A stretch of DNA of 64,000 nucleotides from Naegleria gruberi (taxonomy: Eukaryota), in assembly GCA_000004985.1 (NCBI GenBank), contig GG738870.1; one strand, 5' to 3'. The first letter of the stretch is position 1. The number at the start of each line of letters is the position of its first letter. The notes under the pieces were generated by a model. The model saw only the letters and a list, made by a program, of their open reading frames with translations. It had not been told where the DNA came from and made no database searches. Positions 46,534 to 57,251 of the stretch are shown here, piece after piece. Both the position numbers and the translations under genes were made by a program.

Positions 46534-47141
46534 GGCGAGATCATTAGTGGTAATTAGAGTGAAAATTCTCTGTCTTGTTTGAGGGTTTCACTGGCATGCT
46601 TTAGGGAATTTCAATTCTTCTTGAAACAATCGATTACAAACCTGGAATCACTCTTCAAATCATCAGAGGCGAGTTTGAGGATAGTAGCTGATTCTTACGA
46701 GCAAGTGAGAGTTTGACATCTGAATCTTGTTGTAATTCCTTTGAAAGATAAACGAATGATTTTCCACTTTGATTTAGAGTTACCAAAGCAACTTAGCAAT
46801 GAGAAATGATCCAAAACTTGTCAAGATTGCCTTGCCTTCATGTGGTTTAGAATATTTTATCAGTCACGATTATATTATGAATGCTGTTGAATGTACAAGT
46901 CTCTACTGCTATCAGATATGCCTGTATTAATAAAATTGATAAGCAAATTGATCACTTGTTGGACTGAATGGCAGTCATGTAGACGTCTCTTTGTAAGGCA
47001 AGATGAGTTTGCACCACTCTTTCCAATGGCAGTCATGAGAATTTCCCTATTCCACTGGAAAATATTCATAAATATTTGGTTCCTTTTCAATAATTACCTA
47101 AAATATTTGTGAATGATTTAAAATTTCTAAAAAGAACAACC

Positions 47142-47146
47142 AAAAA
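47142..47146 (-). terminator. Pol III oligo-T terminator downstream of tRNA-Arg
   Basis: TTTTT on the minus strand, 4 nt past the tRNA 3' end. Confidence 0.5.
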
Positions 47147-47150
47147 CATT

Positions 47151-47224
47151 TACCGACAATGGGGCTCGAACCCACGACCCCAGGATTAGAAGTCCTGTGC
47201 TCTATCCAACTGAGCTATGACGGC
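47151..47224 (-). tRNA. tRNA-Arg (anticodon UCU)
   Basis: Minus-strand sequence GCCGTCATAGCTCAGTTGGATAGAGCACAGGACTTCTAATCCTGGGGTCGTGGGTTCGAGCCCCATTGTCGGTA folds as a cloverleaf: D-stem GCTC/GAGC, anticodon stem CAGGA/TCCTG with loop CTTCTAA, T-arm GTGGG-TTCGAGC-CCCAT. One U-U mismatch in the acceptor stem; no intron. Confidence 0.85.
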
Positions 47225-47326
47225 TTCACATTGAATTAAGCCAAAAGTAGGAATGACTGCTAAGTAATTCCACTGAAACTTTACATTTTGTGTAAATTGA
47301 TTTCTTAAAAATGTTGGAAAAACAAA

Positions 47327-48778
47327 ATGAAAAGAAAAGAAACAACTTCTCCCTCACAACACGATGACGTACAAGAATGCAAAAAGGCAAAACATGAATC
47401 AACCACGACAAGTAGTACTTCCCATTTCTTCTCTACAATTTCCAATGATGAATTCCTATGTATTTTATACTCTTTAGAATCGGAGAGTATTCTCTCACTC
47501 TCCCGAACATGTAAATCGATGCAACATTTGATCAAGAATAATGTACTTGAATATTTGTGTAAATATTCCATCATCAATCAAGATGGTACGAACCACATTG
47601 ATAATGATACAACAATAGCTATTGATCATGTTAGGGAGGATGAGAAAATTCTGAAAGCATTGAAGAATAGAGAATTATTTAGAGTTGATGATAAGAATTA
47701 TGAATCTGTTTTGGATATTATTGAGGATATTTGTGATAGGAATGGGACTTTGAGTGATTTTACTCATCATTTGAAATTTGATAGAAAGGTTACTTTTGAA
47801 GAAGTATTTGACTTGATGGATTGTCGTCTAATGAAGCATTCCTATAGAAAGGAATATTCAAATAATCAAGAGGATATTCTTGGAGATTTCTATCATGAGG
47901 AAATGATTGTCAATTGCGTTTTAATTGAAGAATTACTCTATGAATTCGATCCCTACTCATTTGATGAGGAAGAATGGATGAGAGAACCAATTGAAGATAA
48001 TTCTAAAAGTTTTCAATTGGTGAAAATTATTGGAATACCTATTGGGTATACGCTTAAAGAGTTAACACTTGCTAATGTTTCATTTAATGAATTGTTTTTA
48101 ATTCTTTCTAAATGTAATCAATTAGAAAGTTTGATAATCTCTGATTTTTATTTATCAATGAGACGTTACAAGGAAGAAGATGAAGAAGAATCAACCAAAA
48201 TTACAGAGGAATATGAAGAACATTGTTTTTTCATTCCTACTTTGAAATCAATGAAGAAATTTGAATTGAGATACTCTCGCTTACTTCCACGTGAATCAAC
48301 ATTATTGAACATCTTGAAATGTTGCCCAAATTTAGAGACTGTTTACTTTTGCTTCCTTACCCGATTAGATAAGTATTTATTACAAAAGATTCCACAATAT
48401 TGTACCAATCTTACAAATGTAACTTTCCTGTCAGATAGTGGAAGCACTCCTTTAGAAAGCATTATAACAGATTCTCAAGTATATGAATTCATGAAATCTC
48501 AACCAAAATTGAAATATTTGAAAATCAGTCCTTGCATCAACATTAATGGGTCAATTTTTGCAAATATTGGAGAATTTCAAAAGTTGGAATATTTAGAACT
48601 TGATGTACATGCCTATAATTCGTATAGAATTCCTCAAATTGAAGAGATTGTATTTGGTGGAGGTGAAGGAATCTTACCTAATCTCAAACATCTCAATGTA
48701 GGGAAGTTAGAAATTGATGAAGATGCCTTGTACAAATTTGCACCAAATTTAATTTCTTTCGAGTGTGATGAGTGGTAA
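47327..48778 (+). CDS. F-box/LRR-like protein
   Basis: ATG at 47327. N-terminal F-box-like DEFLCILYSLESESILSLSRTCKSMQHLIKNNVLEYL. C-terminal leucine-rich repeats (LKELTLANVSFNELFLILSKCNQLESLIISD...). Architecture similar to the 36402 and 43551 genes. Confidence 0.65.
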   Translation: MKRKETTSPSQHDDVQECKKAKHESTTTSSTSHFFSTISNDEFLCILYSLESESILSLSRTCKSMQHLIKNNVLEYLCKYSIINQDGTNHIDNDTTIAIDHVREDEKILKALKNRELFRVDDKNYESVLDIIEDICDRNGTLSDFTHHLKFDRKVTFEEVFDLMDCRLMKHSYRKEYSNNQEDILGDFYHEEMIVNCVLIEELLYEFDPYSFDEEEWMREPIEDNSKSFQLVKIIGIPIGYTLKELTLANVSFNELFLILSKCNQLESLIISDFYLSMRRYKEEDEEESTKITEEYEEHCFFIPTLKSMKKFELRYSRLLPRESTLLNILKCCPNLETVYFCFLTRLDKYLLQKIPQYCTNLTNVTFLSDSGSTPLESIITDSQVYEFMKSQPKLKYLKISPCININGSIFANIGEFQKLEYLELDVHAYNSYRIPQIEEIVFGGGEGILPNLKHLNVGKLEIDEDALYKFAPNLISFECDEW

Positions 48779-49202
48779 TTGTCTATCTTGCCTTATAATA
48801 TTTTGTAAAGTATTTTCCTCTTCCGAAAAAACAACTTAATAATATTTAATTTCTCTTCCTTGTCCACCAATTGGTGGTTATTATTAATATATTCAATTTT
48901 AATTTTCTACATCATAATGTTCACATATTAAAATGCAAACTCCAACTTGTTCACTTCATATCCATCAATGCACTTTTATCAATGAACATTGCCTTGTTCA
49001 TTCTTCTTTCTCAATTTTCAATATCGTGAAAAGCTAGCTGCAACTTTGAAAAGTCTCGTTTTTGACTGAATGATGATAAACAAGCTCGGAAAAGTGTTGT
49101 CGAGGTCACCACAGAGAGATAAAATTTACAACGAAAATTTTTTAAATAAATATTAAAATTTATTTCCTTGCTGAAAAAAAAATTCAACAACAAATCATCA
49201 CA

Positions 49203-49682
49203 ATGGATATTAACGAATTCAAGAGAAAGTACTCCAACGAAAGCGACACCAAGGCTGTTATGGAATGGGCTTTTGAAAAGATTGCTGCTGCTCCAGAAAC
49301 TTATTCTTTCTGGTTGGCTGAATACAATCAACCTGATCTTTTGACTGGTCCTGCTTGGATGCAAAACAACTTGGTTGAAGGTTACTTCAGAAACATTGAA
49401 GGTTTGAAGAAGAATTGTTTCGCTTCTGCTTTGGTCCTCACTAACGACGAAGGTGCTCAAAGAATCTCCATGGTCTGGTTGGTCCCAACCCAAACTGTTC
49501 CAAAGGAATTCACTTCTGATGATATTGCTGGATCCAAGATTGGTGATGGTTTCAACTTGACTCAATTGAAGCCTGCTGAATCTGAAGAAGATAAGACCAC
49601 GATTATCAACTACATGATCTGGAATGAAGATAAGGGTGCTTTCGGCGGTTACACTTATGCTTCTGGTAAGATCTTCAAGTAA
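49203..49682 (+). CDS. Stand-alone elongation factor 1-gamma C-terminal domain protein
   Basis: INEFKRKYSNES, SFWLAEY, KNCFASALVLTN, ISMVWLVP and the terminal GKIFK align with the EF1G C-domain. Strong bias to C-ending/optimal codons (ttc, aag, aac, tac, acc, gct, ggt). No GST-domain exon upstream. The 237-aa minus-strand ORF 49011..49724 is its antisense artefact. Confidence 0.8.
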   Translation: MDINEFKRKYSNESDTKAVMEWAFEKIAAAPETYSFWLAEYNQPDLLTGPAWMQNNLVEGYFRNIEGLKKNCFASALVLTNDEGAQRISMVWLVPTQTVPKEFTSDDIAGSKIGDGFNLTQLKPAESEEDKTTIINYMIWNEDKGAFGGYTYASGKIFK

Positions 49683-49840
49683 ACTATTTGAATTTTTCTT
49701 CCAACATGATTGTATTATTATCAAATTGTTCTTTCTTATTATTAATATTTAAAAAACAATACAATTACCCTCTGGCTTACTTATCGGAATGAACAATTTA
49801 AAATTAATTATTCACAATTTTAATATCATCATATTAATAC

Positions 49841-51229
49841 TTATAATATTTCCAACAATTTGATAAAGAAACGTTCCTCCATCATGATACCAATGTGATG
49901 AGCACCCGGTAACACTGTAGTTTCAATCTTCTCCTCCTGCTTAAATTGTGAACACATCTCCAAGCAATAATCAGGCAAAGTATCATCACCACGTTCCCAT
50001 CTCGAAGCTTGAATATCTGCAGAGGTCAACTCTTCCATTCTCTTTGGACCAGTATAGGAATATTGAGTTGGAGTCCAATTATTGGAACCATAGATACATT
50101 GTGTTGGAACACCTGGAGCTGCAAATTTAATATCGAGAATGGATTGAGATTCTTGCATGAATAATTCCCAACCATTGGTCATTGAAGCATCTTTCATGAA
50201 TTGACCATAACTTTCAACTGTTGCAAAATAGTTGGCTTTCTGATTGGTTTGATTATTGGTATATTGGAACATTGGATAATTGGTGAATGGGGTTTTGAGT
50301 GGATACATGTATGAAGGACTGCCAAATGTACGAACCATCTTTTTGAATTGTTCTCTACTAAGGAAGAATAATCCATAAGTATCGCCTGTCATGTGAAGAA
50401 TTGGACTTTGAATTTCACCATCGTATGATCCTGAAACACTAATGAATTGTTTGATGAATTTTTGTTTCCATTCCTTAGAAACATGAGTGGCAAGAAAGAG
50501 TTGAGTGAATGGAGCTCCCAAGCTATGTCCAAGTAAGCTCACTTGAGTTCCATTGTTGAGATAGTAGGTATCTTCAACGAGTTTTTGAAGAATATCATAA
50601 TCTCCTCCAGTATTATTCATTCTTTTTGATTTCCACTCAATTGGACCAGTTCTCCAATCATAGGTCATTGCTCTCAATGTTTTTCCTCCAATATATCCAC
50701 CATGTTTAATTAAATAGGAAGTTAACAATTCCATATAGACTGCCTGATTAATAAATTCATAATTAGTAATGTAATTCACTCCACTCAGACCACCAACATC
50801 CTTTCCAGTGATGGAAACACCTGCATCTAATGGATGTAATTTTCTCGGTTGTCCCCTCAAATCCAATGTCAAATCATGCACTGTACATTCCTCTGTTACA
50901 TGTGGAATTAATTCATTCAAATTGGCCCACACTTGAAATGGCTCACTCGTTGTACTTTCACACCAAAAGTGTGGTTCCTTTGCATTGGTTCTTTGTGCAT
51001 TGAGAGCTGATCCACCAAATCCTCCCAATAGAATCAATGGACTCAATGTTGTGGAATTGTTTGTTGAGATGGCTCTTCTTGGATTTGGTGGTCCCTTGAA
51101 GGTCTTCCAGATTTCACTTGCTCGTTGACGAGTAATGACTGGTATTGGCAAAGAGTGAACTGTTAAAGATAAACAAATAATGACAACAAAGAGTGCCGTA
51201 AACAATTGTGCAATCAGATTGCTAGACAT
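49841..51229 (-). CDS. LCAT-like phospholipase/acyltransferase paralog (intronless)
   Basis: ATG at 51229 after an a-run, then a signal peptide. SPLILLGGFGGSALN, GHSLGAP, CIYGSNNWTPTQ and GAHHIGIM motifs. A single 462-aa ORF. Confidence 0.85.
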   Translation of the reverse strand: MSSNLIAQLFTALFVVIICLSLTVHSLPIPVITRQRASEIWKTFKGPPNPRRAISTNNSTTLSPLILLGGFGGSALNAQRTNAKEPHFWCESTTSEPFQVWANLNELIPHVTEECTVHDLTLDLRGQPRKLHPLDAGVSITGKDVGGLSGVNYITNYEFINQAVYMELLTSYLIKHGGYIGGKTLRAMTYDWRTGPIEWKSKRMNNTGGDYDILQKLVEDTYYLNNGTQVSLLGHSLGAPFTQLFLATHVSKEWKQKFIKQFISVSGSYDGEIQSPILHMTGDTYGLFFLSREQFKKMVRTFGSPSYMYPLKTPFTNYPMFQYTNNQTNQKANYFATVESYGQFMKDASMTNGWELFMQESQSILDIKFAAPGVPTQCIYGSNNWTPTQYSYTGPKRMEELTSADIQASRWERGDDTLPDYCLEMCSQFKQEEKIETTVLPGAHHIGIMMEERFFIKLLEIL

Positions 51230-51512
51230 TTTTTTTGATTTTTCTCAATCTTTCATTGTAATTTGGTAGGAGATAACAATCGAATTCATAAACGAGTGGA
51301 GTAACACGGTAAAATAGGAGCTGTACACTACAAGTAATAGTACAGTGAGTTGAAATTAGAAATTTTCTTGTTTTTAATGTTGAAAGTAGTTAAAAAAAGA
51401 GGAAGGATTTAGTTGGAGGTAAGAAAAGGATAGGGAATGGAATGTTACTATTGTTTGAGAATTTGAAATATTGGAGCGTGTGAAAAACATCATTGTAAAA
51501 TCATTTCTAATA

Positions 51513-52046
51513 TTACATTGACTGAGTACGTTCATGTCTTGGAATAAAATCAAATTCAGTATCCACTTCCTTGACATTGTATTTTGGAAAACCGAATTGA
51601 GGTGGGTCCAAAACTTCACCTGGTTCAACAGCTCCTTGTTGTTGAGCCATCATTGTCTTTGAAACCAAAATGTTAACACCTTCAATCATACCCAAGAAAA
51701 TACCACCAAATAGAGAACTTCTCATGACAGCTTTCCAGCCACCTCTCAAAGCCAAAGCACCACCTGTTAAAGCTCCCGAAGCTACTGAATTAATAAAATC
51801 TTCCTTTCCTCTATAATATAAGAAACAACATTCAAATGATGAAAACAATCCAGACCACATGGCAAAGTTACCACCAAGCACTGGTCCTTTAGCTTTTAAA
51901 GTTTGAATGGCTCCTGCAAAACGTTCTCCACGTGGAGCATTTCTGGCACCTTTACCGAAATGCCATATCGATCCCATAACACCACCGAGGGCATAACCAG
52001 TTCCCAAGTCATCATAAATACGGTGTGGACAAGGTTGCTTTTCCAT
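51513..52046 (-). CDS. tim17: Mitochondrial inner-membrane translocase subunit Tim17
   Basis: QPCPHRIYDDLGTGYALGGVMGSIW, GPVLGGNFAMWSGLFS and YRGKEDFINSVASGALTGG match the Tim17/Tim23 family. ATG at 52046. Confidence 0.9.
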   Translation of the reverse strand: MEKQPCPHRIYDDLGTGYALGGVMGSIWHFGKGARNAPRGERFAGAIQTLKAKGPVLGGNFAMWSGLFSSFECCFLYYRGKEDFINSVASGALTGGALALRGGWKAVMRSSLFGGIFLGMIEGVNILVSKTMMAQQQGAVEPGEVLDPPQFGFPKYNVKEVDTEFDFIPRHERTQSM

Positions 52047-52356
52047 TCTTATTAATCTTGTTGATGATTATTTATATTATTGTTGTTAAAGATGAAGAAA
52101 AATATATCCTAAGAAAGTGTTGTTATTGTTGTTGTTATTCTCTTGGCAAGTGGTAGTAGAGAATTATTCAATCCGAGAGAGAAAAAGCAGCAACAGGCGG
52201 GTTGTGTATGATGATGGATATTTTTTTTTCTTTTAAAAAATGAATTGGTTTTTTGATTGAATTCGCAAAATCGGAGATGATGTTTTTGATATTGGTATTG
52301 ATGTTGGCTGTGGAAACTATTTGATATATTGAAAATTGTTAATTTATTTACAATTT

Positions 52357-55300
52357 TTACAAAAGTAAGTTGACATTCTTGGACATTTTGACCAATCTCT
52401 TTACAGAAGGAATGACATCCTCAATTCGTTTAACATTCAAGCCAATGCAAAGCTCGTTGATGAGACTTTGGAACTTTGGGAAGATTCGTACATATTTCTC
52501 CAATTGAGAAACAATGGTTTCACATTCTTCCACAATTTGGTGGGTAAATTGAACATTAAGTGTCCTTTTCAGTTTTGAAATTACTTCACGTTCTTCGTTG
52601 GCTTCATGATTGTTACCAAATACCTTAGTTTGTTTTTTCAATTCAACAATGGCAGCCTTCATCTTAAAGTAGAGAGGGCTTTGTTCAGTCTCTTCTGCCG
52701 TGACCAATTCCTTCTTTAACTTTTCATATAATCTTCTGTACCATATGATATCCAAATAGAGTCCATCCAAATCAATTACCTTTTCTCCATCGAGCAAGAA
52801 ATAGCCAAACTTCTTATCGCCACTATAATTTGTAACATTGATGAGTGAAAAGATGAAAGAGTACATTTGAGCATTGTGTTCGAGAATGCTTCTAACCTTA
52901 GGTATTACATCACTAATGCTCTTGACTCTCAAAATGTCATCTCTGAGAGCTGTCAAAATTGCCTTGTATCTAGTTTCGAGTTTCTTGGCTAGAGGAGAGC
53001 TGATAAACCGTTCTTCCTTATCATCGATATCGAGAGAAATTCTTTCATCATTATTGGAAACAAAGTAAAAGTTTGGATCATCAAAGCCAACAGTCTTGTG
53101 GCGAAGTGGATGAGGTGTCCAATTATCATCACTATTCTTCGAAGGCTTGATTGGACTGGCAACATCTACACCTCTTGATCCTCTCTTTCTTGGAGTAAGA
53201 TCTCCATCACTCTCTGAATCATCATCTCCATTCATCCATCTTTGAATTGACATTGGAAGTTGATCATTAACTTGTCTGGAGGCATGAATCTTCTTGGATT
53301 TGAGTTCTCCCTCCAGAGATTTAATTCTAGATTCTGTTGTATCAACCAATTCTTTCAATTTCTTCATCAAGTCGTTTTCTGATTTTGGTATTTCATCAGA
53401 TTGACCAACAACTTTGCAGAAATCTTTCAATCTAGCTTGTAACTTTTCAAGAATCTTTTCTTCTCTTGAATTCATCAAGTTGGAGAGGGATGTTGAGAGC
53501 AGTGAAGATTGAATATCCAAAAACTTGGACAATTGCTCTTCTCTCATAAAAACCAATTCAGCCAATTTGGAAACATCACCGGAGCTATTATTTGACTCAT
53601 TAATAGCCTTGAACATCTTTGATCTAATGGTATTCTTATCTTCCTTGTAGAGAGATTCGATTTGGAGGAGGCATTGCTTGAGTAAGTTCTTTTCATTTTG
53701 CTTATCGCTCTGTAAATCAATACGCCTAACGGCATCTGAGAGGGAGGAAAGTTGTCTTTCTTGTTCTTGTACATATTCCTTGGTTGATTCGATGGCAAAT
53801 TCTTGTTGAGTGAGGAGACGATCGTTCGAATCGCTTGTAATTGTAGACACAAATGAGCGAGCACGTGAAACTTCTCCTTCGTACATCTTTTCGAGATCCT
53901 TAACATTGAAATCTCTAGTATCTTCAGACATAGTCAAAGTTGAGACTTGAGACATGAAATGAACATCCATTCTATCAATGGCATTTGAGAATGCCTTCTT
54001 TGCTTTTGGAACCTTTGAGACAGAACTATTTGGTTTAAGTCTCAGTTTTCTTACATTGGTCCAGTATTCCATTTGAAGAATCTTTTTCATTTGGGTATGC
54101 TTCTTCTTTAAACTTTCAATCATGTCTTCATGTTTATCGGAAGGAACAAAAACATTTTGAAGGAATTGTACAATCTTTTCGTCACTATCTTGAAGTGTTT
54201 CAGAGTTGACCTTGTTGAGAAGTTCCATTTGTTCATCGAATGTATTTTGGTTAATAATGGATTGATCGAGACCAGCTCTATCATCTTCACTGTTGTTAGT
54301 TGAAATACTGTCATTGAATTCTCTTCTGAGACTCTTTGAAGGTTCTTCAGTGACCAAGGATTTGGTAATATTTCTCACCTTACCACAGAGTTGTCTATTT
54401 TGCTCTACCAGAGTGGTGATTTCTCCTTCCAAGTGGACACAATATTCCTTTAGACCCTTCATATCTTCAGCAGTATGGATATAGTTTGATTCCTCTGAAT
54501 GCTCAACAACCTTCTTTAAACGATCAAGTTCTTTGAAGAAGATATCTCTAATGTATCTCACATCTGATTCGTCTCCACTTGAAAATCTTAAAGAACTCTT
54601 CAAGCTTTCCAATGAATTGAGGTGATCCTTGTGAATCTTCATCATTTGCTTCTTTGTGTTACTTTCATTCTTTTCAAAGAACTTGCTTTGAGTATTGTCA
54701 GAGACGAGCTTTTTGGTCAATTGTTGATTCTCAGATAATAATTTTTCATATTGAGCTTCCAAAATTGACTTTTGTCTCCTCTCACCAGACACTTGATCCT
54801 TCAATTCTCTGGATTGTCTTTCCATTTCCGAGTTGAGATCATTCATTTGCTCTTGGAAGTCCTCTGTTGCTCTCTTGAGGTCATCCTCAAACTTGAGTTG
54901 TTGTACTCTCTTAGAGTATTCATGTTGCTCCTTCATGTTTTGAATATCACCTTCATATTTGACACTTTCAATCTTCAAAGCAGCCTTCTCCTTTTCGAAT
55001 GATTCCTTGAGCTTCATGACTGTAATATCATTTTCATGCTTGATACCATCAATAATTTTAGAATACTTGACTTCTATGGCATCAATTTCTCTTTGGTGTG
55101 CTTGTTTGAGAATTTCATTGCTATCTCTGTGCTTTTCAACATCATTTGCAACTTTTGACTTTTCCAATTCCTTGTGCATGATTTCTTCATCTCTTTCCTT
55201 GATTGCTTGTTCTAATTTTTGAATGGTGGAGGTCTTTTCCTTAATGGACTTTTCCTTTTCTTCAAGTAAAAGTTCCATGTGTTTCTTTTGAGTATTCAAC

Positions 55301-57006
55301 TCCTTCTCAAAGTTAGACATGAGTTGTTTTCTTTCATGTTCAAAGGATTGCTTTTCAGTTTCCCTCTTTTCGACTTCTAGTTCTATTAACTTGTTGAAAT
55401 CATTAACAATTTTGGTCTTTTCATCTTCCTTCTCTGATGAAGACTTGAGTTGCAGAATTTCTGTTTGTTTTTCGTAACGAGACTTGAGGGTATTGATTTC
55501 TTCTTGGTGAAGAGTTTTGATTTCCTTCTTTTCAGCTTCAAATTCTTGGAGGAGAAGTTGCTTTGTTTTTTCAAAGGATGATTTCAAGAGGTCAATTTCT
55601 CCCTTGAAGGTATCACTATTATTGTTCAGCTCATTGTTATACTTGTAAACGAGACGTTCCTTTTCCTTGATAAGATCTTCCTTTTCCTTCATGGAGGCAG
55701 TAATCTTTTCTATGAGGGTTTCTTTCTCCTTTGCATGTTTATCGAGGAGGGTGTCCTTCTCTTCATTGAACTTTTCTCTGTCAATCCTCATCCTTTCAAC
55801 GTACTGTTCAATTTCTTTTCTATGCTTTTCAACGAGGGTTTCCATATCAGCCTTATGTCTTTCAATCATTCCATTCTTATCACTGATGGCATCTTGCATA
55901 ATCTTGATCTTTTCTGCATTGAGTTGCTCCAAAACAGAATGCTTATCAACAGAGGATTTTTCAAACAATTGCTTTCTTTCTTCATTTTGTTTTTCTAGCA
56001 ATTGCTTCTTTTCTTCATTGAATTTCTGAGACAGTTCCATCTTTTCAGAGTTAAAGCTTTGAATCATTTGCTTCTTTTCTTCTTGGAGTCCATCAATTTC
56101 ATCCTGTAACATTTTGATAACATTACTATTCTCTACTTTGATGTTGGAGAGTCTTTTATCATAGTCAGACTTTAGTTCCACTTTTTCAATATCAAATGAT
56201 TTTTTAGCAGTATTGAACTTGAGTTCAAAATCAGATTGTTGTGAAGTTAATTTGTTTTCCAAATCAAGTTTTAGCACATTGAGTTTGTCTATTTCCTTTT
56301 TCAATTGATTTACTTGTCCTAGTTTGCTACTTAGTTCGCTTCTTTCCTTTTCTTCCAATTCATCAATTCTTTCAGAAAGGGAGTTATTTTCATTGGAGAG
56401 ATCATTCACTGTCTTTTGATAGCCAGCGACTTGATCTTGAAGCCTTCTGATATTATCCTTGAGAATTTGATTTTCAGAATCGGTGGTTCCCATCATGGTT
56501 TTGAGCTGTCTGTATTCCAATTCAAGTCTCTCATAATCTTGATTTTTAATTTGGAATTCTTCCTGGAGCTCGCTTAGTTGTTTCTCAATTAGAGTATTTC
56601 TTTCCTTTAACTTGATGAATTGAGTATTTTGTTTTGGAGGTAAATTCTGCATTTGTGATGTAATAAAATTCAATTGGTTTTGTATTGCGCTCATACTACT
56701 ATCCCCACTCACAGAAGAGTCGGCAAAGGAGCTTGTCAAGGAGCTAGCCTCTAACCCTCTTCTTGCTGATCTTATTGGTGATGTTCCGACACTGATTAAA
56801 TAATAGTCCAATAACAATCGTGATGAAAAAACCTACCCATTTTGTAATGATTTGATGGTTTCCTTTGCTCTCTCCAATAAGAGATTGGTTTGTTGAAGTC
56901 TTTCCTCTCCACTTTGTAAAGCCTTTTTAAGTTGTTCCTTATCCAACGACTCGTCCATAGAACGTTCCGAGTCGGTTGAATCAAATTCTGAGAAATTCAT
57001 AGACAT
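52357..57006 (-). CDS. Giant coiled-coil protein (~1535 aa), two exons: 56837..57006 and 52357..56791
   Basis: ATG at 57006 with in-frame stops just upstream. Exon 1 ends AATGG|gtaggt. Acceptor aatcag| gives a 45-nt intron with phase continuity into the 1486-aa track ORF. About 1000 aa of heptad-rich E/K/L sequence, then a ~400-aa non-coiled C-terminal domain. Confidence 0.7.
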
Positions 57007-57251
57007 TTACTAAGGACACCTCAGAGGGATACAGTGACGAAGAAGGGTAGTGGAGTTTGTTAGGGGATTTTTTTGTTGTTGGATTGAATTTTTTGAGGCG
57101 CCAAATAAACACTTCACCTTCCTTCAACATCAGGCAGACTTGATTTGCCAATTGTTTGGTGTTTTGATATTGAAGCAGAACTCTATAACTTACATGTTGT
57201 TTGATGTGATGTAAATTTAAACTTGTAATAATTGTAATAATTTAAATAGAT

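Noticed and set aside
49011-49724. 237-aa ORF on the minus strand
   Set aside because: Completely antisense to the well-supported EF1-gamma C-domain gene. No domain. It is explained by the strong codon bias of the sense strand
52874-56029. Several 60-120-aa plus-strand ORFs inside 52357..56817
   Set aside because: All are antisense to the giant coiled-coil gene (E/K codons read on the opposite strand give S/F/L-rich ORFs)
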